A stretch of 64,000 bases of DNA. Source: a virus. The stretch's first letter is position 1. The number at the start of each line of letters is the position of its first letter. The translations under genes were made by a program, and so were the position numbers. Shown in pieces: positions 48,040 to 57,342 of this stretch. The notes beneath the pieces were generated by a model. That model saw only the letters and a program-made list of their open reading frames with translations, was not told the origin of the DNA and searched no databases. The stretch covers positions 63,844-127,843 of the IMG/VR virus record IMGVR_UViG_3300037088_000361, one strand, 5' to 3'.

Positions 48040-48705
48040 ATGAGCGAAGACCTGCTTCCCGGAATCGAGGAGCTTGATTTCGAGCGGGACTCTGTCCAGA
48101 AGCTCTACTATACCGGGGCGAATGGCATCAACCCCGAGCGATGGGAGCGTGCCAGGGACGACATCCGTTTCGAGGATGTAGTTGCTGAGCTTACCGGTCA
48201 CCGTGACAGCGTCATCCGTTGCCCCTTCCATGGGAGGGACCGCACCCCGTCTTTCACTCTCTATCCCCGCACCAACGATGCCTACTGCTTCGGGTGCCCA
48301 CCTGGAAAGATGTACTACGACTCTATCACCTTTGTTTCCAAGTATATGGAGATAACTAGAGTTCAGGCGCTCTGCTGGCTGGAAAAGACCTTTGACCTCC
48401 CTTATATGCCCGGAGTCCAGTTGGATGACGATGAGGAACTGGGGGAATTGCTCACCTTTTGGGACTTGGCGGAGCCTTTCATCCTCAAGGCGAGTCGGGA
48501 TGTGCAGGAGACCAAGGATCCGGAGCTTGCCGAGGATTACATCAGGATATACTTCACTGGGCTATCCACGGAGAAAGCAGCCAAGGATGCCGAGAAGACA
48601 GACGAGGATGACCCGCAGGATATGCACCTTGAGGCCACGCTGGAGCTTGCCAAGGTGATGGGCAAGGAACAACTCGCCTCTATCGCCAACAGAAAGGAAT
48701 TTTAG
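48040..48705 (+). CDS. CHC2 zinc-finger protein (DnaG-type zinc-binding domain without TOPRIM)
   Basis: CPFH..DRTPSF...YCFGC. Confidence 0.8.
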   Translation: MSEDLLPGIEELDFERDSVQKLYYTGANGINPERWERARDDIRFEDVVAELTGHRDSVIRCPFHGRDRTPSFTLYPRTNDAYCFGCPPGKMYYDSITFVSKYMEITRVQALCWLEKTFDLPYMPGVQLDDDEELGELLTFWDLAEPFILKASRDVQETKDPELAEDYIRIYFTGLSTEKAAKDAEKTDEDDPQDMHLEATLELAKVMGKEQLASIANRKEF

Positions 48706-48721
48706 GAAGTATTTATAAAGT

Positions 48722-51700
48722 ATGGCTAAAGCCAAGACACAAGACGTGACCACTGAGGATTTGAAGAAGGTCAAGAAATCTAAAGTGAAGAAACCTCGGG
48801 ATATCAGAAGTATGTTCCGTGAGGTTCTTTCCAACTTGGTCGCCGAGGGCGGGGTGTTCAAGGTCAAGAAGACTTGGATGAGCACTAAAGCTTTCCTGAC
48901 CATTGATGACCCCACTGTCTTGCGGGCATGGTGCGATGATGTCCTCACCAATGCTCCTCGCTTTGAGTTCTATGGTCATATCCTCCCGGTAGTGGCACTG
49001 GACACAGAAGACAGCAGCCTTGACACCCGACTGTTCATACGACTCCTCAAGCAGCCGGACGGAAGTTACAAGCAGGTCTATGAGTTAAAGACCGACATCA
49101 CCGGTATCTGCCTCTCGGCAGACGGCGTCAAAGGCATCTACATCCCCATCAACCACGAGTTCCAAGACCTAGAACTCAAGACCCCCGCCAAGAACATGGA
49201 CCGCAGGGCTTGTGCCGAGATACTCCAATGGTTCTTTGACCAGGTTCACCTCGTATTTTACAACGGGAAGTTTGACCGTGAAATCATGCGGTTGACCATG
49301 GGCATTGTGTTCCGTCCCTATCCCTTCTTTGAGGATGTGCAGGTATTGCAGTATATCAACGACCCCAAGGCGGACATGGAGGACAAGAAGTTTTATACCG
49401 GGGATTCCGGGGGGTTGAAGGCACTGTCCAAGAACGTCCTCAACATTGAGCAGATTGAGCTTGGGGACATAGCCAAGGTCAAGGCGGAAACCTGTCCGTA
49501 CTCCGGGTCGCCGTTTTGCAAGTGCTCGCTTGAAAAGAGGAAGGAGAGCAAGCATGGGCTCAAGAACCACTTTTCTCCCTTCCCGTGGATTCCCGTTGAC
49601 CTTGCCCTCTGGTACGCCGCCTCGGACGCCATCTGTACATGGCTCTTATGGGAGAGACTGCACGAGCTTGCTCGGTCTCGCAGGACGGTACACCGCATTG
49701 ACCATGAGCTTGTGGACTCCATCGCTTGGATTGAGCGCCAGCGGTTCATCATTGACACGGACCGCCATAGGCGCACTGTGAAGGGTCACCAGAAGAAGAT
49801 TGCCCTGCTGGAAGGAAAACTCTATGACTTGGCGATAGCGGCGGGGTATCAGGAGCCTAAAACCGATGAGGGCAAGGTCTTGGAGGAGGACCGGTTCAAT
49901 CCGGGGAGCACGAAGCAGCTTCAGGAGCTTTTCTTCAATGTCAAGAAGTTCAAGGTCACGAAGAAAACCCCTGGTGGGGCTGCATCGTGTGATGCAGAGG
50001 TAATCGAGGACCTTCGCAAGGCACACCCGGAGGATAAGTTCCTTGCCACCCTGCTGGACTATCGGGACTATCAAGCCCTACACCCTGCCAGTCTTTCCTA
50101 TGACCCGAGCGACGGGACAGCCCGCATATACCTCAAGCAGAACGTGGTCGCCGGGGGACGTTTGTCCTCCGCAGGCGGGGACTTCTACAAGGATGGCGGG
50201 TTCGGCCTCAACAGCCAAGCTGTCAAGAAAGTTGAGGGCTACCTCATGTGGAAGGTGCAGGGAAACATCCTGTCGCCGGATGAGATACCGGAAGACCAGA
50301 TAGAGGAACATACCGAGGAAGAGCTTCACTCTTCCTGTTTTAAGGAAGTAGAGGAGGATGTCGTCGTCGGATATAAGGATGATGTTACCTATTTCACCGA
50401 AGAGCCAGATGGTGGGTGGTCTGACGACTCCCCGCAGGAGATAGTCACCAAGATTCCCATCCTTGAGAAGCAGAAGGTACGCAAGAAGGCACCGGGAATC
50501 ATTAAGAATCACATCGGGCAGTATATGGGTTATGCCGTGTGCCTCGTGCCCGGCTGCAAGACATGCCACGACAAGTTCGGTGTCCTCATTGAGAATGGCA
50601 AGATTGACGCCAACGAGGTTGTCAACCTGCGCTGTCTATTTCATTCCCCTCCTGGATACACATTTGCTACAATTGACTATTGCCTGAGTCCTGAAACACG
50701 GCTTCTCACTAGCGGCTTGCAGTGGAAAGAGTCTGGCTCAATCGTAGAAGGAGAAGAACTGATAGGTTTTGATGAACAACTTCCGGTCAAACGATGGGGC
50801 AGACGAAGGCTACACCCGTCTTTAGTGGAAAAAGTCCAACGTCGTAAACTGCCATGCGTTAAGGTCGTAACAGATAAGGGTTCTGTTGTATGTTATGAGG
50901 GACATGAGTGGTTAACAAGAGTTAGAAAGTACGGAGACAAACGCCATCGGGGACAGTATGATTGGGTTCCAGCATCCAAGCTTAAGATTGGTCAACAGAT
51001 AGCCTATTTGTGTGACCCTTGGGATGAGGATATCTCCTATGAAGCTGGGTACCTTCGTGGGGTTTTTGATGGAGAGGGATGGGTATCTAGGCAAGCTTTG
51101 GGTTTTGGTCAAAAAGAAGGGTGTGTTCTGGATACGACTGAGCGGTTGTTAAAGGAAAAAAATTTCAATTTTGTTAGAGACAGCAATGGCAAAACTCGGG
51201 TTTCAGTTTTACGGAGTAACGGAGGAAGAAACGAGGTTTTCAGATTTATTGGGAGCATTCGACCAGAACGACTTCTTAACAATGTCCGTTCAAAAATGTG
51301 GGAGGGATTGGACTATCAGAGCAAAACTTGCCAACCCGTAAAAATTCTTTCCATAGAGCCTGTTGGTGTTCAAGAAGTCATTGCTATCCGAACTAGCACT
51401 CATACTTTCATAGCCGAAGGTTTGTTATCTCATAATTGCAACATTGAAATGAGAGCGGCGGCCAATGTCTCAGGTGAGCCTGAATTCATCAATGAATTCC
51501 TGCACGGCAAGGGGGACTTCCACAGCCTTACTGCCTCCAAGGTGTTCCCGGAATTCAATGACCCGAACCACAAGAACTACCACGCTAAGCACCTCCGTGA
51601 CCTTGCGAAGGTTATCAACTTCGCCTTGCTGTACGGCGGAACCGCCTACACGATTTATGAGAACATGAAAAAGCAGGACCCGAACATCACCTTCCAGGAT

Positions 51701-53134
51701 TGCGAGCGCATGGTTGCTGACTACTGGAGGGGGGTTCCCACCTTCTTCCAATGGTGCCAGCGTAAGCAGGTTATCGCCAAGGAGCAGCTTATCTGCACCA
51801 CCACGACAGGCAGGGTCATCAACTTCCAGTCTGCCATGACAGCCCTCCACATCCATGTCCCCGGCGAGGAGGAGCGGAAGAACACTTGGAAGTACCGTGA
51901 CTTGATGAAGAAGGTGAAGGAGACTAGGGCGAAGAAGGATCCTATCTTCTCGGAGTACGCCAGCCTCGCCCAGTCGATGTGGAAAAATTTGGACACGGGA
52001 GTCCGCAACTGCATTGACTATGACAAGTTCATGGGCAAGATTCAGCGTGTGGCCGGGAATATCCCCATCCAAGGTCTTAGCGGCGACTTCATGCGGATGA
52101 CCCTGAACAAGATTCACCAGTGGGTTGAGAAAGACCCTGCTGTGGCGACCGTCTTCTTACTGCACTGCTCGGTCCACGACGAGGTTGACTTCAGCGTGAA
52201 GGACGAGTACATGCCCTTCGTGATGCCGAGGGTAACCCGCATCATGAAGCTCCGCAAGCTCCACGAGTGGATGCAATGGCCAGTGCCTATCGAGGCTGAC
52301 GCCGAGTATGGCCCTTCATGGGACGTAGAGCATTATGTCACGGGCGACGATGACCACCCCCCCGCTGCTTGGACGAAGATAAAGGCAATCGCCAGCTACA
52401 TCCCGGACTACTGGGACTCATTGACCATCAAGAACCTTATCCTCGCCATCGCCTCCGAGGACGAGAAGAAAGTCGCCAAGGCAGATGCCTACTTAAAGGA
52501 GGCCTTGCATTCACGTGCCTACCAAGCGGCGTGGCATTGCTTCCACAAGAAAGAGGGGAAGAAAGAGGTCGTTCCGCAGACCGACCGTAAGGAGATACAG
52601 CGGGCGCTCATAGCCGCCGTTCAGCTTGACGAGTACTGGCGTCTGGACGGAGTCCCCGACGAGGGTACCGACACGATGGAGACCCTCGCCCAGTACGAGG
52701 AGCGCATGGGCTTGGGTCCCGAGAACCGCAACCCGATAGCCTTGATGTTCGGTCCTTTGGGTTCCATTCCGCTCGACGCTGAGGTGATAAGGTTCTCCTC
52801 GGAGCCTCTGGATTCCCCTGCTTACATACAGCATGAAACGCTACAAATGCCCCCAGAAGTGTCCGAGCCGGGAGGGGGTACCCAAGGTATCTCCGAGCTG
52901 CCCGTGGCAGTGGAGAATAACCCTGCTGACAGGATAGACCCTATCTCAGGACCTCCCCCTACGGGAGTAACGATATTTGACCTCGGGGATATGGGCAACG
53001 GACGGGATGTCCAGCTATCCATCACCCTTGGCAAGGGGCACAATCATATCTGGGTCAGGTATGAAGGGCTGGTGTTCTGCATAAAGCGGGTAGCTATGGA
53101 CCACATCCCTGACAAGTTTTTGAAGAAGGTTTAA
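48722..53134 (+). CDS. polA: family A DNA polymerase with 3'-5' exonuclease and intein
   Basis: Exo DTE, NGKFD, YAASD; GRLSS; motif A DY/CNIEMR; motif B AKVINFALLYG; motif C VHDE. Confidence 0.92.
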   Translation: MAKAKTQDVTTEDLKKVKKSKVKKPRDIRSMFREVLSNLVAEGGVFKVKKTWMSTKAFLTIDDPTVLRAWCDDVLTNAPRFEFYGHILPVVALDTEDSSLDTRLFIRLLKQPDGSYKQVYELKTDITGICLSADGVKGIYIPINHEFQDLELKTPAKNMDRRACAEILQWFFDQVHLVFYNGKFDREIMRLTMGIVFRPYPFFEDVQVLQYINDPKADMEDKKFYTGDSGGLKALSKNVLNIEQIELGDIAKVKAETCPYSGSPFCKCSLEKRKESKHGLKNHFSPFPWIPVDLALWYAASDAICTWLLWERLHELARSRRTVHRIDHELVDSIAWIERQRFIIDTDRHRRTVKGHQKKIALLEGKLYDLAIAAGYQEPKTDEGKVLEEDRFNPGSTKQLQELFFNVKKFKVTKKTPGGAASCDAEVIEDLRKAHPEDKFLATLLDYRDYQALHPASLSYDPSDGTARIYLKQNVVAGGRLSSAGGDFYKDGGFGLNSQAVKKVEGYLMWKVQGNILSPDEIPEDQIEEHTEEELHSSCFKEVEEDVVVGYKDDVTYFTEEPDGGWSDDSPQEIVTKIPILEKQKVRKKAPGIIKNHIGQYMGYAVCLVPGCKTCHDKFGVLIENGKIDANEVVNLRCLFHSPPGYTFATIDYCLSPETRLLTSGLQWKESGSIVEGEELIGFDEQLPVKRWGRRRLHPSLVEKVQRRKLPCVKVVTDKGSVVCYEGHEWLTRVRKYGDKRHRGQYDWVPASKLKIGQQIAYLCDPWDEDISYEAGYLRGVFDGEGWVSRQALGFGQKEGCVLDTTERLLKEKNFNFVRDSNGKTRVSVLRSNGGRNEVFRFIGSIRPERLLNNVRSKMWEGLDYQSKTCQPVKILSIEPVGVQEVIAIRTSTHTFIAEGLLSHNCNIEMRAAANVSGEPEFINEFLHGKGDFHSLTASKVFPEFNDPNHKNYHAKHLRDLAKVINFALLYGGTAYTIYENMKKQDPNITFQDCERMVADYWRGVPTFFQWCQRKQVIAKEQLICTTTTGRVINFQSAMTALHIHVPGEEERKNTWKYRDLMKKVKETRAKKDPIFSEYASLAQSMWKNLDTGVRNCIDYDKFMGKIQRVAGNIPIQGLSGDFMRMTLNKIHQWVEKDPAVATVFLLHCSVHDEVDFSVKDEYMPFVMPRVTRIMKLRKLHEWMQWPVPIEADAEYGPSWDVEHYVTGDDDHPPAAWTKIKAIASYIPDYWDSLTIKNLILAIASEDEKKVAKADAYLKEALHSRAYQAAWHCFHKKEGKKEVVPQTDRKEIQRALIAAVQLDEYWRLDGVPDEGTDTMETLAQYEERMGLGPENRNPIALMFGPLGSIPLDAEVIRFSSEPLDSPAYIQHETLQMPPEVSEPGGGTQGISELPVAVENNPADRIDPISGPPPTGVTIFDLGDMGNGRDVQLSITLGKGHNHIWVRYEGLVFCIKRVAMDHIPDKFLKKV
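50681..51436 (+). mobile_element. intein (252 aa) in polymerase motif A
   Basis: Starts CLSPET, ends SHN followed by Cys+1; block B GHEWLT; LAGLIDADG-like YLRGVFDGEG. Confidence 0.92.
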
Positions 53135-53147
53135 CGGATACATATAT

Positions 53148-53594
53148 GTGAGAGATTCATTATATTCCGAGATGCTGAAGCTTGCTTCCGGGGAGCCGGG
53201 TTTGCTCTTCCGTGGGGGGAACCCTATCAACAAGAACCACGACTATGAGCCAAGCTGGGATTATGAGGTAGACGAGGAGCCCCCTCCTAACCTGGCAAGG
53301 ATGGCTACCGAGGTCTCAAAGCATTTTTTCCAAGAGCTTAAGTCCAAGAAAATTATAGACAATTGGATGATGGGGTTTGAGGTTTGGGCCGCTAACCTCC
53401 AAGACACGGGTGCCGTGGCTATGTACATCAGCGGTACCCACGACTGGCCTGTGGTCTTGATTGACCTTCGCCAGCACATTGGATATGAAGACCAGATTGG
53501 TAAAAGCCTTCATCACGAACTTATCCACGCCGTGCAGGAAGCAAAAGAAGAAGAGTTTAACGAGGATGAGGCTGAGGACGACCTAGCGATATGA
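53148..53594 (+). CDS. HExxH zincin-like protein
   Basis: LHHELIHA...E. Confidence 0.6.
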   Translation: MRDSLYSEMLKLASGEPGLLFRGGNPINKNHDYEPSWDYEVDEEPPPNLARMATEVSKHFFQELKSKKIIDNWMMGFEVWAANLQDTGAVAMYISGTHDWPVVLIDLRQHIGYEDQIGKSLHHELIHAVQEAKEEEFNEDEAEDDLAI

Positions 53595-54202
53595 GTGAAT
53601 GTTCAAAATGCGGTTCACCCTACCACGGGGATGATGCCTGTCCGCAGGCGACCCGCAGGAGAAAGAAGTCCACCTTCAAGACTCGTAAGGAGTTAGGCTT
53701 GGGACCAAATGAAATACCCTTTAAGTTCCGGGTAGACATTGACCCTGAGAAGGACAACGAGGTTGAGGTTAGTCGAAAGCGGGCACTCCTGCGCCTTAAC
53801 TCTCAGCGGGTCTACATGCAGATGGGCTGCGCCGTCAAGGCACATAACAGCATGAGGGAGACCGCCAAATGGATTGCCAACCTATTCGAGAACATGGATG
53901 AGGAGGACAGAACCGCCGCCGCCTCGGTGTTCATGAGGATAGAGGGACTGCTGTTCGGGCTGGAGAATCTCTCCAACCAGAAGATATTACAGGCGGTTAA
54001 TATGGAGGAGCTTGTCGAAAGGGAGCGCAGGAGGGCACAGGCGGCACGGGTGTACCTAAGCCGGATAGCCGCCGATAAGTACAAGAAAGCAAACCAGCTT
54101 GGTGTTCTAGTCTTGGGAGATGTTCCATCTTCTTCTGTTACTAAAACTACCAATTTTTCGTTCCCAGAAAACCTTGTAAACTCATTAGGTATAAAGGGAT
54201 AG
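53591..54202 (+). CDS. hypothetical protein with N-terminal zinc knuckle
   Basis: CSKCGSPYH...C; ATGA overlap. Confidence 0.6.
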   Translation: MSECSKCGSPYHGDDACPQATRRRKKSTFKTRKELGLGPNEIPFKFRVDIDPEKDNEVEVSRKRALLRLNSQRVYMQMGCAVKAHNSMRETAKWIANLFENMDEEDRTAAASVFMRIEGLLFGLENLSNQKILQAVNMEELVERERRRAQAARVYLSRIAADKYKKANQLGVLVLGDVPSSSVTKTTNFSFPENLVNSLGIKG

Positions 54203-54392
54203 AAGTAAAAGCCTCAAAGCGGTGTCCCAAATATAAATCTAATTTAAGATGTAAAATTGATTTTCTCTCTTAGTATACCGTTGTACCCTGTTGCAAAGAG
54301 TGTAATTGTTTTAAGCGTGCCGCCCCATATTAGCGCTTTATAACCTATTTAGAGAGGGTCACAGAATTTAGAAACAGCAAGAGATAGGAACT

Positions 54393-56960
54393 ATGGCTGA
54401 AACTACCGAACTAAAGTCCCCTAAGAGCACGCTTGCCCATCGTCGTGAGCGGGGCACCAATTTCCGCATAGGCACCACCGAGCTAAAACGCAAGGTGGCC
54501 GCCACCAAGAACGGAAAGACATTCGCTTCCGCAGGTCCTGGCAGCTTCTATAACGAGGCGAGCCACGAAATTACCGATACCCAGATAGCCAGAATCAGGA
54601 ACATGGCCGTCCAGCAGACCCCGTTCGGAGCCCAAGGGTGGGGGATGTACGAGCTTACCCGCAACAAGACCGCCGCCTTGTTCGGCGACGGTACGTTGGG
54701 GAACGCCGACATTGCCGATAGCAACAATATCGGCTATTACAGCTATGAGTTCCCGGTGGACGCCCTTGAACTCCCGGCCAGCCGGGCGGAGGAGCTTCGC
54801 TTCTACCGCCTTGCCTATGACCGTGACCCTATCGTCGGACGTGCCATTGACATGCATACTGAGCTTCCGCTCAGCAAGTGGAGCCTTGAGAAGCCGAAGT
54901 GCTCCAGCGATGACTTCGCCGACTACGTTTATGACTTCTTCCAAGGGCTGATGTCCAATACTAAGTTCTTCCAAACCCTCATCCAAGCGGTACGGGAATA
55001 CTGGTGCATAGGAGAAGCGTTCCTCTTCATACAGGAGGAGAGGGACATCGAGCCTTGCAAGATGGCTAAGGTGATACTGGAAAAGGCGGAGCGTAAGCAA
55101 AATAAGCAGATGGGGCAAGGAACTGAGCCAGGCATGGATGGGGAGAATCCACCCATGGGAGGCACGGCTGACCGCATACTTGACTTCTTACAGCCCGGCA
55201 AGCGTTCTTCATGGCTTAGGGAGCGCTCTGCTGAGATAGAGGAAATCAAAAAGGCGGGAATTGGCTTTAACCCCGAGGAGACCATCACGGGCGTAAAGAG
55301 AGAAATCCGCCTCAAGAAGGGTGTCTACACCAAGAAGGCCAAGAAGCTGGCAGGGTTTATCAAAATAGCTATGGCGAACGCCGAGAAGAACGCCAAGCTC
55401 ATCTCCCGTGACGAGGCGGATGACGACTATCCGATTCAGGTCATCGCCGCACCAATGCCGCCCCCCGGCGAACCCACGCCCCTAGGCGGGGCTGATGACG
55501 CACCCCCTCCGGGAGGAGAGGGTGCTCCGCTTGGAGACGCCGGGCTGGAAGGAGTGGCGGGAGTAGACTCAATGACCGAGGGTGGTATGCTTGGCGACGA
55601 CATGGGAGGGGACCTCGGAGGAGGACCGCCCCCGATGGGGGGCGGAGGAGGCGGAGGAGGTTTCGGAGAACCCACGACCTCGCTTGATGCTGTGGGGTCG
55701 GTGCAGGATGCCATCGCACAGGGTAGCACCATCAAGAAGCAACAGGAACTCCTCGAAATAAAGCGATACATCAAGCTTCTTGAGAAGAAGAAGACCATCC
55801 TTGAAGAACTCAAGGAAATCAGGGAGAAGCGCCGGATAGAGGAGGAGCTTTTCAGCCACCTTGAGAATGAGGACTATGAGGGCTTTGACAAGATACAGGT
55901 TCTCCCCCCCGAGCAGATTGAGCTTGAGGCAGGCACCGGGATGACAGACGGAGCTACCATATTCTATAAGCCGCTAGGAAAGCAGAAAACCGCATACCTT
56001 GAGGACCCCGAGGTTGACTCCGAGGTCAAGGGTATGCTGGAGCAGGACGGCAAGATTGCCCTCAATACGGACGCCTTCAAGGGAAGCTATGTCCTCCACT
56101 TCGCCCGCAAGAAAAGTGACTATGAGCTTCACGGGCGCTCCATCCTCCAGCGTTGCATCAGAACGGTCATCTACCGGGAAAAACTGCGGCAGGTGCAGAG
56201 CACGCTGGCTAGCCGCAACATGACTCCCAAGACGCTGATTATCGCCCCGGATATTCCACCCTCTGAGGTTATGGCTCTGCGTGCGCACGTGGACGAGGCA
56301 AAGGCGGACCCGGACTACAGCGTGGTCCTCAATTATGAGGCACGGTGGGACGAGATTGGCTCGGACGGACGGTTGCTCTCGCTTGACGGCGAGTGGCAGC
56401 ATACCAACTCCGACCTAGCCATTGGCATCGGGTTCAGCCCTGAAATCCTCATTGGCGAGGGGCTGTATTCCGGCAACAAGGTTCAACTGCAATTGATTGA
56501 GACCAGCTATCTTCAGTTCCGTGCCATGCTGGCGGACCTCATTGAGAATGGAATCTTCAAGTATGTGGCGATGAAGAAGGGGATGTATGAGCTTGACAAA
56601 TGGGGCAAGCCGAGATGGATTTATCCCAAGGTGTCGTTCTCTAGGCTAGCCCTGCGTGACACCGGGGATGTCTATGATATGTTATATAATTTATATTCCA
56701 AAAATAGTATCCCAGTTAGTATTATCTTGGAATTTTTGGAGATTGACCCTGAAGACGCCAAACGTAGGTTGGAGGAAGACCTTTTCACAGTCAATGATGC
56801 TAAATTTAATGAGCTTTTGTCCAATGTTTATGGTGGTGTAGCTCAAGCAGTTATGGAGAAGTCCGATGTCGTCAAGAGGGTTATCAAGGGATTAGGGCTT
56901 GAAGAGGAAGACCACGAGCCTGAAGCTGGTCCAGAAGGTAGTGGTCAGGGTATGGGATAA
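54393..56960 (+). CDS. putative portal protein with large internal insertion
   Basis: YDRDPIVGRAIDMH, EYWCIGEAF, HFARK...HGRSILQR, IGFSPEILIGEG: portal-like motif order. Confidence 0.7.
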   Translation: MAETTELKSPKSTLAHRRERGTNFRIGTTELKRKVAATKNGKTFASAGPGSFYNEASHEITDTQIARIRNMAVQQTPFGAQGWGMYELTRNKTAALFGDGTLGNADIADSNNIGYYSYEFPVDALELPASRAEELRFYRLAYDRDPIVGRAIDMHTELPLSKWSLEKPKCSSDDFADYVYDFFQGLMSNTKFFQTLIQAVREYWCIGEAFLFIQEERDIEPCKMAKVILEKAERKQNKQMGQGTEPGMDGENPPMGGTADRILDFLQPGKRSSWLRERSAEIEEIKKAGIGFNPEETITGVKREIRLKKGVYTKKAKKLAGFIKIAMANAEKNAKLISRDEADDDYPIQVIAAPMPPPGEPTPLGGADDAPPPGGEGAPLGDAGLEGVAGVDSMTEGGMLGDDMGGDLGGGPPPMGGGGGGGGFGEPTTSLDAVGSVQDAIAQGSTIKKQQELLEIKRYIKLLEKKKTILEELKEIREKRRIEEELFSHLENEDYEGFDKIQVLPPEQIELEAGTGMTDGATIFYKPLGKQKTAYLEDPEVDSEVKGMLEQDGKIALNTDAFKGSYVLHFARKKSDYELHGRSILQRCIRTVIYREKLRQVQSTLASRNMTPKTLIIAPDIPPSEVMALRAHVDEAKADPDYSVVLNYEARWDEIGSDGRLLSLDGEWQHTNSDLAIGIGFSPEILIGEGLYSGNKVQLQLIETSYLQFRAMLADLIENGIFKYVAMKKGMYELDKWGKPRWIYPKVSFSRLALRDTGDVYDMLYNLYSKNSIPVSIILEFLEIDPEDAKRRLEEDLFTVNDAKFNELLSNVYGGVAQAVMEKSDVVKRVIKGLGLEEEDHEPEAGPEGSGQGMG

Positions 56961-56975
56961 GGGGGGTTCAACTTA

Positions 56976-57326
56976 ATGGGTCAAGCAAGCAGCAAGCTAC
57001 GCCGTATTGAGGGGGGATTCACCCATTGGTGTCCAGGCTGCTTGGAGATGCACCCATTGCCTGACAAATGGACCTTTGACGGAAACTTGGAGAACCCCAC
57101 TTTTACCCCAAGCTTTAAGCAGTCGGGAATAAAGACAGAGTATGTGAACGGGAAATGGACAGGAGAGTGGATACGGGATGCTCAAGGTAATACCGTTCCT
57201 TTTGTATGCCACTACATCCTGACTTCTGGGCAGCTTCATTTCTGTGATGACAGCACTCACGCCCTGGCAGGCAAGGTGGTGCCGCTTCCAGACCTGCCGG
57301 AGGGGCTTACGGATGTACCTGTATAG
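56976..57326 (+). CDS. DUF6527-like metal-binding protein
   Basis: WCPGC..H..WTFDGNLENPTFTPS...CHYIL..G...FC.DSTH. Confidence 0.7.
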   Translation: MGQASSKLRRIEGGFTHWCPGCLEMHPLPDKWTFDGNLENPTFTPSFKQSGIKTEYVNGKWTGEWIRDAQGNTVPFVCHYILTSGQLHFCDDSTHALAGKVVPLPDLPEGLTDVPV

Positions 57327-57342
57327 GTGATGAAACCAAACC

